Source: Macrostomum hystrix (Eukaryota; Animalia; Platyhelminthes). From it: a stretch of 64,000 bases of DNA. The first letter of the stretch is position 1. The number at the start of each line of letters is the position of its first letter. Location of the stretch: the NCBI GenBank assembly GCA_950097015.1, contig CATNEN010000003.1:10292001-10356000 (forward strand). Reading direction: 5' to 3'. Of the stretch, positions 14,185 to 27,846 are shown one piece after another. The notes below the pieces were generated by a model. That model made no database searches, was not told the DNA's origin, and worked only from the letters and a program-made list of their open reading frames with translations. The position numbers were made by a program, and so were the translations under genes.

Positions 14185-14760
14185 GGATGAGAGTAGATAG
14201 AGAAAGGGTGTAAGAGGTGAACTTAGACCGGGTAGTTGAAAAGGTAGACACGGTTGTGAGAAGTAGATAAAGTTGGTGTGAGAGGTAGATAGAGAATGGG
14301 TGTAAGAGGTGAACTTAGACCGGGTAGTTGACAAGGTAGACAAGGTTGTGAGAAGTAGATAAAGTTGATGTGAGAGGTAGATAGAGAATGGGTGTAAGAG
14401 GTGAACTTAGACCGGGTAGTTGACAAGGTAGACAAGGTTGTGAGAAGTAGATAAAGTTGGTGTGAGAGGTAGATAGAGAATGGGTGTAAGAGGTGAACTT
14501 AGACCGGGTAGTTGACAAGGTAGACACGGTTGTGAGAAGTAGATAAAGTTGGTGTGAGAGGTAGATAGAGAATGGGTGTAAGAGGTGAACTTAGACCGGG
14601 TAGTTGACAAGGTAGACAAGGTTGTGAGAAGTAGATAAAGTTGGTGTGAGAGGTAGATAGAGAATGGGTGTAAGAGGTGAACTTAGACCGGGTAGTTGAC
14701 AAGGTAGACAAGGTTGTGAGAAGTAGATAAAGTTGGTGTGAGAGGTAGATAGAGAAGGGG
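14185..14760. repeat. 92-bp tandem repeat
   Basis: About 6 units; ORF starts recur every 92 nt. Confidence 0.93.
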
Positions 14761-14915
14761 GTTGAGAAGTAGATTGACGTGAAGATGTGTGAATTAGGTT
14801 CTGTCACCTGAGTTGCAGCCGCAATTGATTTCCAATCGATAGAATCACAACCCTAGTGTAAGCAAGCCAAAAGCAGAAGATAATTGTGTCCAAAAACGAC
14901 AAAAAAATGTTTCAG

Positions 14916-14969
14916 TGCAATCCATTTTGTCTACTAGTCCGGCTACAACACTAGCAGCAAATGGAATTG
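14916..14969 (+). CDS. nrg: Neuregulin-like ligand, S/T-rich linker exon
   Basis: tttcAG ... G|GTAAGT, 54 nt, phase 1-1; VQSILSTSPATTLAANGI. Confidence 0.7.
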
Positions 14970-15259
14970 GTAAGTCTTAGCTTAATTCATTCTCACTTAG
15001 TGGCTAAAAATGTATTGATTAACTTTTTTCTACTGTCTTCTTATTTGTGTCTTGTGTATCGATGTGTTATAGAAATGCATTATCTTGACTTGTTTTACAG
15101 TTACAAGGTTTAGATATTATTTCACTTATCTGTAGAATATTTCAGATTCCGAAGAAAATGTACTTCGCAAAAAAACATAAATGGGAGAGTCATTTTAACT
15201 TGTTAAACACGGAACTGTAAACTATGTACGGCTCGTATAATCAAGAGACTGTCTGAATG

Positions 15260-18200
15260 TAGACAGGTAAAGGTGTGAGAAGTAGACAGGGAAGAGAGGT
15301 AGACAGGGAAGAGAAGTAGACAGGGAAGAAAGGTAGACAGGGAAGAAAGGTAGACAGGGAAGAGAGGTAGACAGGGAAGAGAAGTAGACAGGGAAGAAAG
15401 GTAGACAGAGAAGAGAAGTAGATAGGAAAGAGAAGTAGACAGGGAAGAGAAGTAGACAGGGAAGAAAGGTAGACAGGGAAGAAAGGTAGACAGGGAAGAG
15501 AGGTAGACAGGGAAGAGAAGTAGACAGGGAAGAAAGGTAGACAGGGAAGAGAAGTAGATAGGAAAGAGAAGTAGACAGGGAAGAGAAGTAGATAGGAAGA
15601 GAAGTAGGCAGGGAAGAGAAGTAGACAGGGAAGAGAAGTAGACAGGGAAGAGAAGTAGACAGGGAAGAGAAGTAGACAGGGAAGAGAGGTAGACAGGGAA
15701 GAAAGGTAGACAGGGAAGAGAGGTAGACAGGGAAGAGAGGTAGACAGGGAAGAGAAGTAGACAGGGAAGAGAAGTAGGCAGGGAAGAGAAGTAGACAGGA
15801 AAGAGAAGTAGACAGGGAAAAGAAGTAGACAGGGAAGAGAAGTAGACAGGGAAGAAAGGTAGACAGGGAAGAAAGGTAGACAGGGAAGAGAGGTAGACAG
15901 GGAAGGGAGGTAGACAGGGAAGATAAGTAGACAGGGAAGAGAAGTAGACAGGGAAGAGAAGTAGACAGGGAAGAGAAGTAGACAGAGAAGAGAAGTAGAC
16001 AGGGAAGAGAAGTAGACAGGGAAGAGAGGTAGACATGGAAGTGAAGTAGACAGGGAAGAGAAGTAGACAGGGAAGAGAAGTAGACAGAGAAGAGAAGTAG
16101 ACAGGGAAGAGAAGTAGACAGGGAAGAGAGGTAGACATGAAAGTGAAGTAGACAGGGAAGAGAAGTAGACAGGGAAGAGAAGTAGACAGGGAAGAGAAGT
16201 AGACAGGGAAGAGAAGTAGACAGGGAAGAAAGGTAGACAGAGAAGAGAAGTAGACAGGGAAGAAAGGTAGACAGAGAAGAGAAGTAGACAGGAAAGAGAA
16301 GTAGACAGGGAAGAGAAGTAGACAGGAAAAAGAAGTAGACAGGGAAGAGAAGTAGACAGGGAAGAGAAGTAGACAGGGAAGAGAAGTAGACAGGGAAGAG
16401 AAGTAGACAGGGAAGAAAGGTAGACAGAGAAGAGAAGTAGACAGGAAAGAGAAGTAGACAGGGAAGAGAAGTAGACAGGAAAAAGAAGTAGACAGGGAAG
16501 AGAAGTAGACAGGGAAGAAAGGTAGACAGGGAAGAGAAGTAGACAGGGAAGAAAGGTAGACAGGGAAGAGACGTAGACAGAGAAGAGAAGTAGACAGGGA
16601 AGAAAGGTAGACAGGGAAGAGAAGCAGACAGAGAAGAGAAGTAGACAGGGAAGAGAAGTAGATAGGAAAGAGAAGTAGACAGGGAAGAGATGTAGACAGG
16701 GAAGAGAGGTAGACATGGAAGAGACGTAGACAGGGAAGAGAAGTAGACAGGGAAGAGACGTAGACAGAGAAGAGAAGTAGACAGGGAAGAAAGGTAGACA
16801 GGGAAGAGAAGTAGACAGAGAAGAGAAGTAGACAGGGAAGAGAAGTAGAAAGAGAAGAGAAGTAGACAGGGAAGAGATGTAGACAGGGAAGAGAAGTAGA
16901 CAGGGAAGAGAAGTAGACAGGGAAGAGAGGTAGACATGGAAGAGACGTAGACAGGGAAGAGAAGTAGACAGGGAAGAGAGGTAGACATGGAAGAGAAGTA
17001 GACAGGGAAGAGAGGTAGACAGGGAAGAGAAGTAGACAGGGAAGAGAGGTAGACAGGGAAGAGAAGTAGACAGGGAAGAGAAGTAGACAGGGAAGAAAGG
17101 TAGACAGGGAAGAGACGTAGACAGAGAAGAGAAGTAGACAGGGAAGAAAGGTAGACAGGGAAGAGAAGTAGACAGGTAAGAGAGGTAGACATGGAAGTGA
17201 AGTAGACAGGGAAGAGAAGTAGACAGGGAAGAGAAGTAGACAGGGAAGAGAGGTAGACAGGAAAGAGAAGTAGACAGGGAAAAGAAGTAGACAGGGAAGA
17301 GAAGTAGACAGGGAAGAGAAGTAGACAGGGAAGAGAAGTAGATAGGAAAGAGAAGTAGACAGGGAAGAGACGTAGACAGGGAAGAGAAGTAGACAGGGAA
17401 GAGAAGTAGACAGGGAAGAGAAGTAGACAGGGAAGAGAAGTAGGCAGGGAAGAGAAGTAGGCAGGGAAGAGAAGTAGACAGGGAAGAGAAGTAGACAGGG
17501 AAGAGAAGTAGACAGGGAAGAGAAGTAGACAGGGAAGAAAGGTAGACAGGGAAGAAAGGTAGACAGGGAAGAGAGGTAGACAGGGAAGAGAGGTAGACAG
17601 GGAAGAGAAGTAGACAGGGAAGAGAAGTAGACAGGGAAGAGAAGTAGACAGGGAAGAGAAGTAGACAGGGAAGAGAAGTAGACAGGGAAGAGAAGTAGAC
17701 AGGGAAGAGAGGTAGACATGGAAGTGAAGTAGACAGGGAAGAGAAGTAGACAGGGAAGAGAAGTAGATAGGAAGAGAAGTAGGCAGGGAAGAGAGGTAGA
17801 CATGGAAGTGAAGTAGACAGGGAAGAGAAGTAGACAGGGAAGAAAGGTAGACAGAGAAGAGAAGTAGACAGGAAAGAGAAGTAGACAGGGAAGAGAAGTA
17901 GACAGGAAAAAGAAGTAGACAGGGAAGAGACGTAGACAGGGAAGAGAAGTAGACAGGGAAGAGAAGTAGACAGGGAAGAGAAGTAGACAGGGAAGAGAAG
18001 TAGGCAGGGAAGAGAAGTAGGCAGGGAAGAGAAGTAGACAGGGAAGAGAAGTAGACAGGGAAGAGAAGTAGACAGGGAAGAGAAGTAGACAGGGAAGAAA
18101 GGTAGACAGGGAAGAGACGTAGACAGAGAAGAGAAGTAGACAGGGAAGAAAGGTAGACAGAGAAGAGAAGTAGACAGGTAAGAGAAGTAGACAGGGAAGA

Positions 18201-19840
18201 GAGGTAGACAGGAAAGAGAAGTAGACAGGGAAGAGAAGTAGACAGGGAAGAGAAGTAGACAGGGAAGAGAGGTAGACAGGAAAGAGAAGTAGACAGGGAA
18301 AAGAAGTAGACAGGGAAGAGAAGTAGACAGAGAAGAGAAGTAGACAGGTAAGAGAAGTAGACAGGGAAGAGAGGTAGACATGGAAGTGAAGTAGACAGGG
18401 AAGAGAAGTAGACAGGGAAGAGAAGTAGACAGGGAAGAGAGGTAGACAGGAAAGAGAAGTAGACAGGGAAAAGAAGTAGACAGGGAAGAGAAGTAGACAG
18501 GGAAGAGAAGTAGACAGGGAAGAGAAGTAGATAGGAAAGAGAAGTAGACAGGGAAGAGACGTAGACAGGGAAGAGAAGTAGACAGGGAAGAGAAGTAGAC
18601 AGGGAAGAGAAGTAGATAGAGAAGAGAAGTAGACAGGGAAGAGAAGTAGATAGGAAGAGAAGTAGGCAGGGAAGAGAAGTAGACAGGGAAGAGAAGTAGA
18701 CAGGGAAGAGAAGTAGACAGGGAAGAGAAGTAGACAGGGAAGAAAGGTAGACAGGGAAGAAAGGTAGACAGGGAAGAGAGGTAGACAGGGAAGAGAGGTA
18801 GACAGGGAAGAGAAGTAGACAGGGAAGAGAAGTAGACAGAGAAGAGAAGTAGACAGGGAAGAGAAGTAGACAGGGAAGAGAGGTAGACATGGAAGTGAAG
18901 TAGACAGGGAAGAGAAGTAGACAGGGAAGAGAAGTAGACAGGGAAGAGAAGTAGACAGGGAAGAGAAGTAGACAGGGAAGAGAGGTAGACATGGAAGTGA
19001 AGTAGACAGGGAAGAGAAGTAGACAGGGAAGAGAAGTAGACAGGGAAGAGAAGTAGACAGGGAAGAGAGGTAGACATGGAAGTGAAGTAGACAGGGAAGA
19101 GAAGTAGACAGGGAAGAGAAGTAGACAGGGAAGAGAAGTAGACAGGGAAGAGAAGTAGACAGGGAAGAGAGGTAGACATGGAAGTGAAGTAGACAGGGAA
19201 GAGAAGTAGACAGGGAAGAGAAGTAGACAGGGAAGAGAAGTAGACAGGGAAGAGAAGTAGACAGAGAAGAGAAGTAGACAGGGAAGAGAAGTAGACAGGG
19301 AAGAGAGGTAGACATGGAAGTGAAGTAGACAGGGAAGAGAAGTAGACAGGGAAGAGAAGTAGACAGGGAAGAGAAGTAGACAGGGAAGAGAGGTAGACAT
19401 GGAAGTGAAGTAGACAGGGAAGAGAAGTAGACAGGGAAGAGAAGTAGACAGGGAAGAGAAGTAGACAGGGAAGAGATGTAGACAGGGAAGAGAAGTAGAC
19501 AGGGAAGAGAAGTAGACAGGGAAGAGAGGTAGACAGGGAAGAGAAGTAGACAGGGAAGAGAGGTAGACAGGAAAGAGAAGTAGACAGGGAAAAGAAGTCG
19601 ACAGGGAAGAGAAGTAGACAGGGAAGAGAAGTAGACAGGGAAGAGAAGTAGATAGGAAAGAGAAGTAGACAGGGAAGAGAGGTAGACATGGAAGAGACGT
19701 AGACAGGGAAGAGAAGTAGACAGGGAAGAGAGGTAGACATGGAAGAGAAGTAGACAGGGAAGAGAGGTAGACAGGGAAGAGAAGTAGACAGGGAAGAGAA
19801 GTAGACAGGGAAGAGAGGTAGACAGGGAAGAGAAGTAGAA
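15260..19840. repeat. 17-bp minisatellite (GTAGACAGGGAAGAGAA), 4.6 kb
   Basis: About 270 units; source of the three spurious ORFs of more than 1300 aa. Confidence 0.97.
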
Positions 19841-20367
19841 TAGTTTGTGAGGCATGGACACATTTTGAGAGGTAGATTGGGGTAGTTTAATCCTGTAAAT
19901 CGAACCAATCGATTTAGAAAATGAATGGACATCGATGAAAATGCCTACTGGCAAAGTTTGACAGATTGAAATGGAACTCGTGGGCAAATGAGCAAAAGAA
20001 AAACAGACTAGAAGTCCACGCTCTGTGAGTGGATTATAAACTCCGGTGACCTTGATAGGGTCAGTTTCTAGGAAACTGTTCAATTAGCCACACGACCTGA
20101 CTGCGAGCTAATTTGATTATTGTTAGTCGAGTTGCCAAATTTAAATAGATGCAAATTGGAAAGTGTACAGTTTGAAAGTCTTCCCTGTATGACTCTTTGC
20201 TAAATCATTCATAAAACGTTTCGTTTGGAATGACCCCACAGTCTTAAAATGTCCTTCATCTGATGATGCATATTCTGGAGAATAATTGAATCTCAATTCA
20301 TTTGAATTGATTTATTTTGCTTAGATTTATATTTCAAAGTGCTTTGATTCAAGCTGTACCATTTCAG

Positions 20368-20440
20368 ACTCGTGTCCTCAGCAGTACTGCCTTAACAATG
20401 GAACTTGCAGCAGCTTTCCCGGAGGACTCAAGCTCTGCAA
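20368..20440 (+). CDS. nrg: Neuregulin-like ligand, EGF domain C1-C4
   Basis: tttcAG; DSCPQQYCLNNGTCSSFPGGLKLC; AA|GTGAGT phase-2 intron between C4 and C5. Confidence 0.92.
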
Positions 20441-20494
20441 GTGAGTCACTCACGGTACAAAACATTATTTGGCACAAATCGATTTAATTACTAT

Positions 20495-20990
20495 AGATGT
20501 GGACTGGGGTTGGTATGAAGTGGGGTTGGTGTGGACTGGGGTTGGTATGAAGTGGGGTTGGTGTGAACTGGGGTTGGTTTGGAGTGGGGTTGGTTTGGAG
20601 CGGCGTTGGTGTGAACTGGGGTTGGTATGGAGTGGGGTTGGTTTGGAGCGGGGTTGGTGTGAACTGGGGTTGGTCTAAAGTGGGGTCGGTGTGGAGTGGG
20701 GTTGGTGTGAAGTGAGGTTGGTGTGGAGTGAGGTTGGTGTGGAATGAGATTGGTGTACATGGACTGGGGTTGGTATGAAGTGGGGTTGGTGTGAACTGGG
20801 GTTGGTTTGGAGCGGGGTTGGTTTGGAGCGGGGTTGGTGTGAACTGGGGTTGGTCTAAAGTGGGGTCGGTGTGGAGTGGGGTTGGTGTGGAGTGAGGTTG
20901 GTGTGGAGTGAGGTTGGTGTGGAGTGAGGTTGGCGTGGAGTGAGTTTGGTGTGAAGTTAGGTTAGTGTGGCGTGAAGTTAATGTTGAGTG
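20495..20990. repeat. 16-bp GT-rich minisatellite
   Basis: GTGGAGTG(A/G)GGTTGGT units; the same family recurs at 22815-23280. Confidence 0.9.
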
Positions 20991-21679
20991 AGTTTCGGGT
21001 GAAGTGGATAATCTAAGGACTTTTCGCATCCTTCAGATAAGTTACTCATCCGTTTGCTTTCTAATCCAGTCCCGTCCAGAAGACGTCACAAGTTCAGCTC
21101 TCCTCTATTCCAGTTAAATTCCATCTTCTGCTTCACTGATCTACCAGCCTTTGTTTTTCATTTGAGTTTCAGCTCAGCTAACATCTTTCAGCAAACGTTA
21201 AAAAATGCGGTGGAGCCAATCTGCCTTTCCAGCAACACGGGAAGCCACTTGAAGAAATAGAAAAAACTTAAGGCAAAATGAGGACAGAAGAAGGGCAGAG
21301 AAAGAAAGTCTAGCTGTGAGAAAGGTGATCAAATTCTGGGACGATTTGGTTGGATAAAGAGGACAGAACTGCGGCAGGCTCAGAGAAGGAAAAATTATGA
21401 AGAGTGTTTTTACGACCAGAAGTTCAAAGACAAAAATTCATCTCGTAACCGAATGACATGCAGGAGTGAGCGATGCAAAAAGGGTAGAGAAATTTTAATG
21501 GAATTAAAGAAAAAATTGATCGTAATTTTTGTCTGCACTTGTAATGACTTTACTTCTAAAGTTTTTTTACTTATTTCAAAGCCATTCCCTGACTAAACCC
21601 GATCTACGAGTATAATCTGAAACTATACCCGACTTTATTTCGTTAGTTCCATCTTGGGTTCTATAATCTCTAAGACCTT

Positions 21680-22030
21680 TCTGAGTTCTTACCCCAGTTC
21701 TTTCTTGAGTTCTTCTTTGAGTTCTTTTCTGAGTTCTTCTTTGAGTTCTTCCCTGAGTTCTTCCCTGAGTTCTTCCCTGAGTTCTCTCCTGAGTTATCCC
21801 TGAGTTCTTTCCTTAGTTCTTTCCTGAGTTCTTTCTTGAGTTCTTTCTTGAGTTCTTCAATGAGTTCTTCTTTGGTTGTTTTTCTGAATTCTTTATTAAG
21901 TTCTTCTTTGAGCTCTTTTCTGAGTTCTTCTTTGAGTTCTTACCCCAGTTCTTTCCTGAGTTCTTTCCTGAGTTCTTTCCTGAGTTATTACCTGAGTTCT
22001 TTCTTTCCTGAGTTCTTACCTGAGTTCTTA
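21680..22030. repeat. 12-bp minisatellite (CTGAGTTCTTTC)
   Basis: Degenerate tandem repeat. Confidence 0.85.
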
Positions 22031-22814
22031 ACTGTGTTTAATGATGGACATGGAAAAAGCTTTATTGAAACCCCAAAAATGCAAAATGATCAATATTGAA
22101 AAGTAACGAGTATATAGTTAGTTATATCTGCTATTCTGGATTGATTTTTACGGAAGTACTTTATTTCAAAGATATCGTATTTCTCTAATCTCTTAGAAAT
22201 TATCTACCAAAGCATGCTAAAGTAGCCATTCGGGCGGTAAAGCCTGCAAAAATTTGCATGCCTCCGTGTTCTAATTAATTTATTGCAATCGGAGCGACAG
22301 CTTGGGTAGATACTCATTTTTTCCTAGAACTAAGCTCATCCCTCACGTGCGTGCGTGTCGCACTTTCACATCTGCTCGTGCCTCATTCTATCTATTGTTT
22401 GTCATTGTCAGCAGCAGCAGCAGCAGTGGTGGTGGTGGTGTTGATGGCAGTAGGGCTAGAGGATGGTTCCAGGTAGGCTTGTCTTTCACACTGTCAGACT
22501 TGTTGGAGCCTATCTATGTCTGCCTAAATATACGTAGTACATTCTCCCATCCTTTCCTACCTAAAACAGGAATAAAATACAAGAATAACTCAGGTGTAAG
22601 TAGGCACTGTATGGGCTTCATTATATTGTTCTCTACTAATTTAGGGGCACTGCTAATTTAATTTGTCAGGTAAAAGCCAGAGTGGAGTTGTGTGGAATAA
22701 ATGAGTTGGAGTACAGAAACGTTTGATGAAATTACAACAGATAGTTAACTGTCACGTAAAACGCGTGGCATTTAAATGCACTTTCAGAACATATTGGAAA
22801 GATAGGCAAAGAAT

Positions 22815-23280
22815 AAGGTTGGTGTGGAGTGAGATTGGTGTGGAGTGAGATTGGTGTGGAGTGAGGTTGGTGTGGAGTGAGATTGGTGTGAAGTTTGGTT
22901 GGCTTGGAGTGAGGTTGGTGTTGAGTGAGGTTGGTGTGGAGTGTGGTTGGTGTGAAGTTTGGTTGGCTTGGAGTGAGGTTGGTGTTGAGTGAGGTTGGTG
23001 TGGAGTGTGGCTGGCTTGGAGTGAGGTTGGTGTGAAGTGAGGTTGGTGTGGAGTAAGGTTGGTGTGGAGTGAGGTTGGTGTGGAGTGAGGTTGTTGCGAA
23101 GTGAGGTTGGTGTGGAGTGAGGTTGTTGCGAAGTGAGGTTGGTGTGGAGTGAGGTTGGTGTGAAGTGAGGTTGCTGTGTAGGAGTTTGGTGCGGAGTGAG
23201 GTTGGTGTGGGGTGAGGTTGGAGGGAGTGAGGTTGGTGTGGAGTGAGGTTGGTGTGGAGGGAGATTGTTGTGAAGTGAAT
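22815..23280. repeat. 16-bp GT-rich minisatellite
   Basis: Same unit as the 20495 array. Confidence 0.9.
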
Positions 23281-24479
23281 TTTACGTGTGGTTATGTTAG
23301 TGTGCCATGAAAAGATATAATGACTATAACTAAAAGTTGATGACACGGGATGGAAGGTGACGAGATATAATCGAAGTTTGTTGAAGATATTCAGGGCAAT
23401 TATCACAGCCAATATTTCCACCGTGACTATACTGCTCCTTGAGCCGAACGACAGCTGTTAGATAAGGAGAGAGTGGCAACTAGAAATAAGAAAATGCTGA
23501 GATGAATAATGGTCGTTCCAAAAGTTCTCCCGTACAGGCGTAAGGGGCCAAACACCCGTAAGCCACTCCAAATCTTTCAGATACCGCCTGGGGATTATTG
23601 ATCGTCAATTTTTTTAGAGTTCCCTTCTTGGCGCACCTGAACTAAACACCTGGCATCGGGGCAAGATGAATTAGTCTCGGCAGACTTTAAACATGCATTC
23701 TGTGTCGCTTTGTCCTCTTTTATCTACGCCAGATAAGAAAAGATAAAAAAATTCTTATTAACATACGACCGATAGAAGCGCTTGTTTAGTGGAGCGAGGC
23801 ATGGGATGGCATGTGGGAGAAGACAGATATCCAACACTATAATATTTTGTAATCCGCTACACAAAGATTCTCCAACAAACTCAACTCCGCTAGGCAATTA
23901 AAGCTACCAGGGAATACACTTAAAGAGTATATTCTTTGGGGATAAATTTATGTCTTCTGACGCAATTTATTGCAGTTCTGTTTTTTTCAGCTTCGACGAT
24001 GGGCAGTAGGGATAGTGACAGCTGAGAGATAATGTATACAAAAGTAAAGTGCTGGACGGGATACCCTGCGGTTTGGGGGGGGGGCAGATCAGGGATCTAA
24101 GTAATTTTTTCTGGCGTTTTGGCATCCTATTTAGATTATATAGGGATGCTTTTTCTTATCATGGACTTTCTGTGTTCTGTCCAGTGGATCAAATATTCGC
24201 GTTAAAAGAAGGGATTAATTTCATAATTCCTTTCAAAGTGCTGATGTCTGCATTGATAAGGATCCGTTTCGGGCATTAACATTAAACTTTGATCAGCCAC
24301 TAAACAACACGATCTAGCGGTTGATGAATAATTTACTAAATTGTTAACCCTACTGGGGTTTATAATGAGTCTAATGAGAAAATAGTGATGCTTCATAAAG
24401 AGCCATAACTTCTTCACTTCATGAGATGGATTATTTGGCTAAATTTTATTCCAATTCTTTTTTACAACCAGTTAGGATT

Positions 24480-25700
24480 TAGGATGTGGTAAATGAGGTA
24501 TGCGTGACAGTTGAGCTGTGTGAATGTGGTGAACGAGGTGTGTGAAAGCTGGGATGTGGTGAATGAGGTATGCGTGACAGTTGAGCTGTGTGAATGTGGT
24601 GAATGAGGTATGTGTGACAGTTGAGCTGTGTGAATGTGGTGAATGAGGTATGCGTGACAGTTGAGCTGTGTGAATGTGGTGAACGAGGTGTGTGAAAGCT
24701 GGGATGTGGTGAATGAGGTGTGCGTGACAGTTGAGCTGTGTGAATGTGGTGAACGAGGTGTGTGAAAGCTGGGATGTGGTGAATGAGGTGTGCGTGAAAG
24801 CTGGGATGTGGTGAATGAGGTGTGTGTGAAAGCTGGGATGTGGTGAATGAGGTGTGTGTGACAGTTGAGCTGTGTGAATGTGGTGAACGAGGTGTGTGAA
24901 AGCTGGGATGTGGTGAATGAGGTGTGTGTGAAAGCTGGGATGTGGTGAATGAGGTGTGTGTGACAGTTGAGCTGTGTGAATGTGGTGAACGAGGTGTGTG
25001 AAAGCTGGGATGTGGTGAATGAGGTGTGTGTGACAGTTGAGCTGTGTGAATGTGGTGAACGAGGTGTGTGTGAAAGCTGGGATGTGGTGAATGAGGTGTG
25101 TGTGAAAGCTGGGATGTGGTGAATGAGGTGTGTGTGTGTGACAGCTGGGATGTGGTGAATGAGGTGTGTGTGACAGCTGGGATGTGGTGAATGAGGTGTG
25201 TGTGACAGCTGGGATGTGGTGAATGAGGTCTGTGTGACAGCTGGGATGTGGTGAATGAGGTGTGTGTGTGTGACAGCTGGGATGTGGTGAATGAGGTCTG
25301 TGTGACAGCTGGGATGTTGTGAATGAGGTGTGTGTGACAGCTGGGATGTTGTGAATGAGGTGTGTGTGTGACAGTTGGGATGTGGTGAATGAGGTCTGTG
25401 TGACAGCTGGGATGTGGTGAATGAGGTGTGTGTGTGTGACAGCTGGGATGTGGTGAATGAGGTCTGTGTGACAGCTGGGATGTTGTGAATGAGGTGTGTG
25501 TGACAGCTGGGATGTTGTGAATGAGGTGTGTGTGTGACAGTTGGGATGTGGTGAATGAGGTGTGTGTGTGTGACAGTTGGGATGTGGTGAATGAGGTGTG
25601 TGTGTGACAGCTGGGATGTGGTGAATGAGGTGTGTGTGTGACAGCTGGGATGTGGTGAATGAGGTGTGTGTGTGTGACAGTTGGGATGTGGTGAATCAGT
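24480..25700. repeat. 30-36-bp minisatellite with a variable (GT)n core
   Basis: GGGATGTGGTGAATGAG(GT)nGACAGCT units. Confidence 0.93.
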
Positions 25701-25846
25701 ATTAAATAATTCTGCAAATTAGCTTCACCGTGCTAAAAACAGTAATCCTACAATATTAAACTTTGCTAAGGATTACTAAAATAGCTAATCTAATGCTGCA
25801 CGCAAGTAAGTTAAATAAAATTCCCAAAAAATCCCATTTCTCCCAG

Positions 25847-25938
25847 CTGCTCTCATCCGTACCAGGGGGAGCGGTGTGAACGGAGCGTTGTGCCCTACAA
25901 GAACTACACTACTGAGTCCTGCAAGGGCAAGGTTCTGG
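25847..25938 (+). CDS. nrg: Neuregulin-like ligand, EGF C5-C6 and stalk
   Basis: ctcccAG; (N)CSHPYQGERCERSVVPYKNYTTESCKGKVL (YxGxRC motif); G|GTGAGT donor, phase 1. Confidence 0.92.
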
Positions 25939-26274
25939 GTGAGTGCAGTTAAGCTATAAGTATGCTCAAATAAGACTGAATTCTATCATGTAAAAAGAGT
26001 ATCATATGACAGTGATTCAGATTTATACAGCTGGAATGAAAGTTTGAGTTAAGTCGTGTTTTTTTAATTATTTTTACTTGTACGGCAAATAAAACAATTA
26101 TTCAACTAACTATGACATATTATACTCGTAGTTCGTGAGACAGAGCCTCCACAGGTTGAGTAACAGCTGTTCAGTCCATGGACTGGGCGAATTAAAGCAT
26201 TAAAAAATTAGGTTTCCTCATGTGCGGAGAATCGAACTACTGACCTCTCAGTCAGCCAGTGGGCTAGTGGCATA

Positions 26275-26560
26275 GGGGTGAGTGGCAGAGCAGTATAATG
26301 AGTTTGTGTCTTGCACTAAAGTCCCCAAGCTCGATTCCGAAGCGAGGCCCCATTTATTCGGGGCGCAGCCGTTTTAATCTCCAAGGCACAGTGAGAGTGT
26401 ACACTGCCTGACGATAAGAAAGTCAGGGCAGATGTACACACCTGTGTGCGTGTGTGCTCAGGAGTCAGCGAAATATGCAGAATTGCCTCCTCGTTGGCTG
26501 CGAGTCTAGTGTCACCAGATGATGAGCCATTGCCCACAGCCCTCCTGCATGCAATTATTA
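26275..26560 (+). mobile_element. tRNA-derived SINE family B
   Basis: TGGCAGAGC A-box-like, GCTCGATTCC B-box-like; body nearly identical to 60070-60240; (ATT)n-like tail. Confidence 0.8.
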
Positions 26561-26595
26561 TGATTATTACATAGTTTCTTTAAATAAAATTCCAG

Positions 26596-26695
26596 ACTGC
26601 TTTCATCGCACCGATCGCATCTTGACTGTCACTGGCATTGGATTAGTTATGACTATGTTCTTTCTAATCCTGCTCATCTCTTGGTACCTGTCTAG
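26596..26695 (+). CDS. nrg: Neuregulin-like ligand, transmembrane exon
   Basis: ttccAG; DCFHRTDRILTVTGIGLVMTMFFLILLISWYLSR, resembling the NRG1 RVLTITGI TM start; AG|GTGAG donor, phase 2. Confidence 0.9.
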
Positions 26696-26836
26696 GTGAG
26701 TTACTAAGCGATGGACGTCATTTAATTTATGAAACAAATTAATAAAAAAAATGAGTTGGTTTCTGATTGGCTGAGAAAAAGTCACGTGACTGAAGAACAG
26801 TTGTTCAATAATTTACTTCTAATTATCATATTCCAG

Positions 26837-26897
26837 GCAACGAAGACGAGATTTTGAATTTTGGAGACAGGCGAAACGTGAGAACGAGCGATACAAG
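26837..26897 (+). CDS. nrg: Neuregulin-like ligand, basic juxtamembrane exon
   Basis: ttccAG; (R)QRRRDFEFWRQAKRENERYK stop-transfer segment; AAG|GTAATA donor, phase 0. Confidence 0.85.
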
Positions 26898-27045
26898 GTA
26901 ATACAGTGCTGTTTTAAATACTAAGTACCACCGTGTTTCATGTGTTAAAACCGCAAACCGTACGAATCTTATATGGACTGTTGTCCTTTATCAGTACTAT
27001 GCAAATACCCACTGCCTACTACACGATAGTTAAAAAAATAATTAT

Positions 27046-27318
27046 AATTGATTACACATGCCCCAAATTGGGCCAGATGTGCAGCCGACAGCACAGCCGC
27101 TGAAGGCTGCGTACGGCTGATCAGTCCATGGACTGGGGGGACGCCAAACCCACCTTCAATTACCCCAGCTGATGCTGGTAACCATCTAACAGCTGGGTGA
27201 ACTGAAGCAATGCAGAATTTAGTGTCTTGCTAAAGGAGACAAATTGTTTCAGTGGAGTCGGGAATCGAACCACCGACCTCGTGAGTCCGACGCTCTAACC
27301 ACAAGGCTGCAACCTCTA
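27046..27318 (-). mobile_element. tRNA-derived CORE-type SINE (family A)
   Basis: A box and B box (GGTTCGATTCC) on the minus strand, followed by CORE-like TCCTTTAGCAAGACACT...TGCTTCAGTTCACCCAGCTGT. Confidence 0.8.
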
Positions 27319-27846
27319 TAGTTACCAAAACTTATGCCTCTATATTGGTGGTCTTTTTAGCTCCAGGCACCCTGACGAGAGTTTTTAAATATCTTGACGA
27401 CGACAATAATTTGTGATTCTAGAAGTTGTTCCATTGGATAAAGCGGAAAATTTCAGCAAGTGTTCTGATTTTCTGGGCGATTGGTTGAATGTTTTGGGAG
27501 AGATTTTTGGTCTCTCTTGATTTTCTTGATCAGAAGCCCGCAAACCTCCAAACCTATGAAGTTCACCATGCAGACTCGTACGAGCGAAAACGAAAAAAAA
27601 CTCTATTTTAATTCTCGCTCCGCAAGACACGCAACTGAATCCCACTTGGGGGATAATTTGTTAGCGAAAGTTAACAGGAATTGCAGGCAGACATTCCCAA
27701 GGCCAATTCTTTCTAAAAGAGTGAGCGACGAGGAGAACTGGAAAGAATATAATCAGGACTTTTTAATTTTCACGCCAATGAATCGTCGTCTGCTTCTCGG
27801 CACGCACGCCTTCAATGAGATGATCTAATGCAGGTCCAAGGATTTA

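Noticed and set aside
15203-20083. Three ORFs of 1392-1626 aa on the minus strand
   Set aside because: A 17-bp repeat lacking stops in all three frames; lies antisense in a neuregulin intron and has no domain content.
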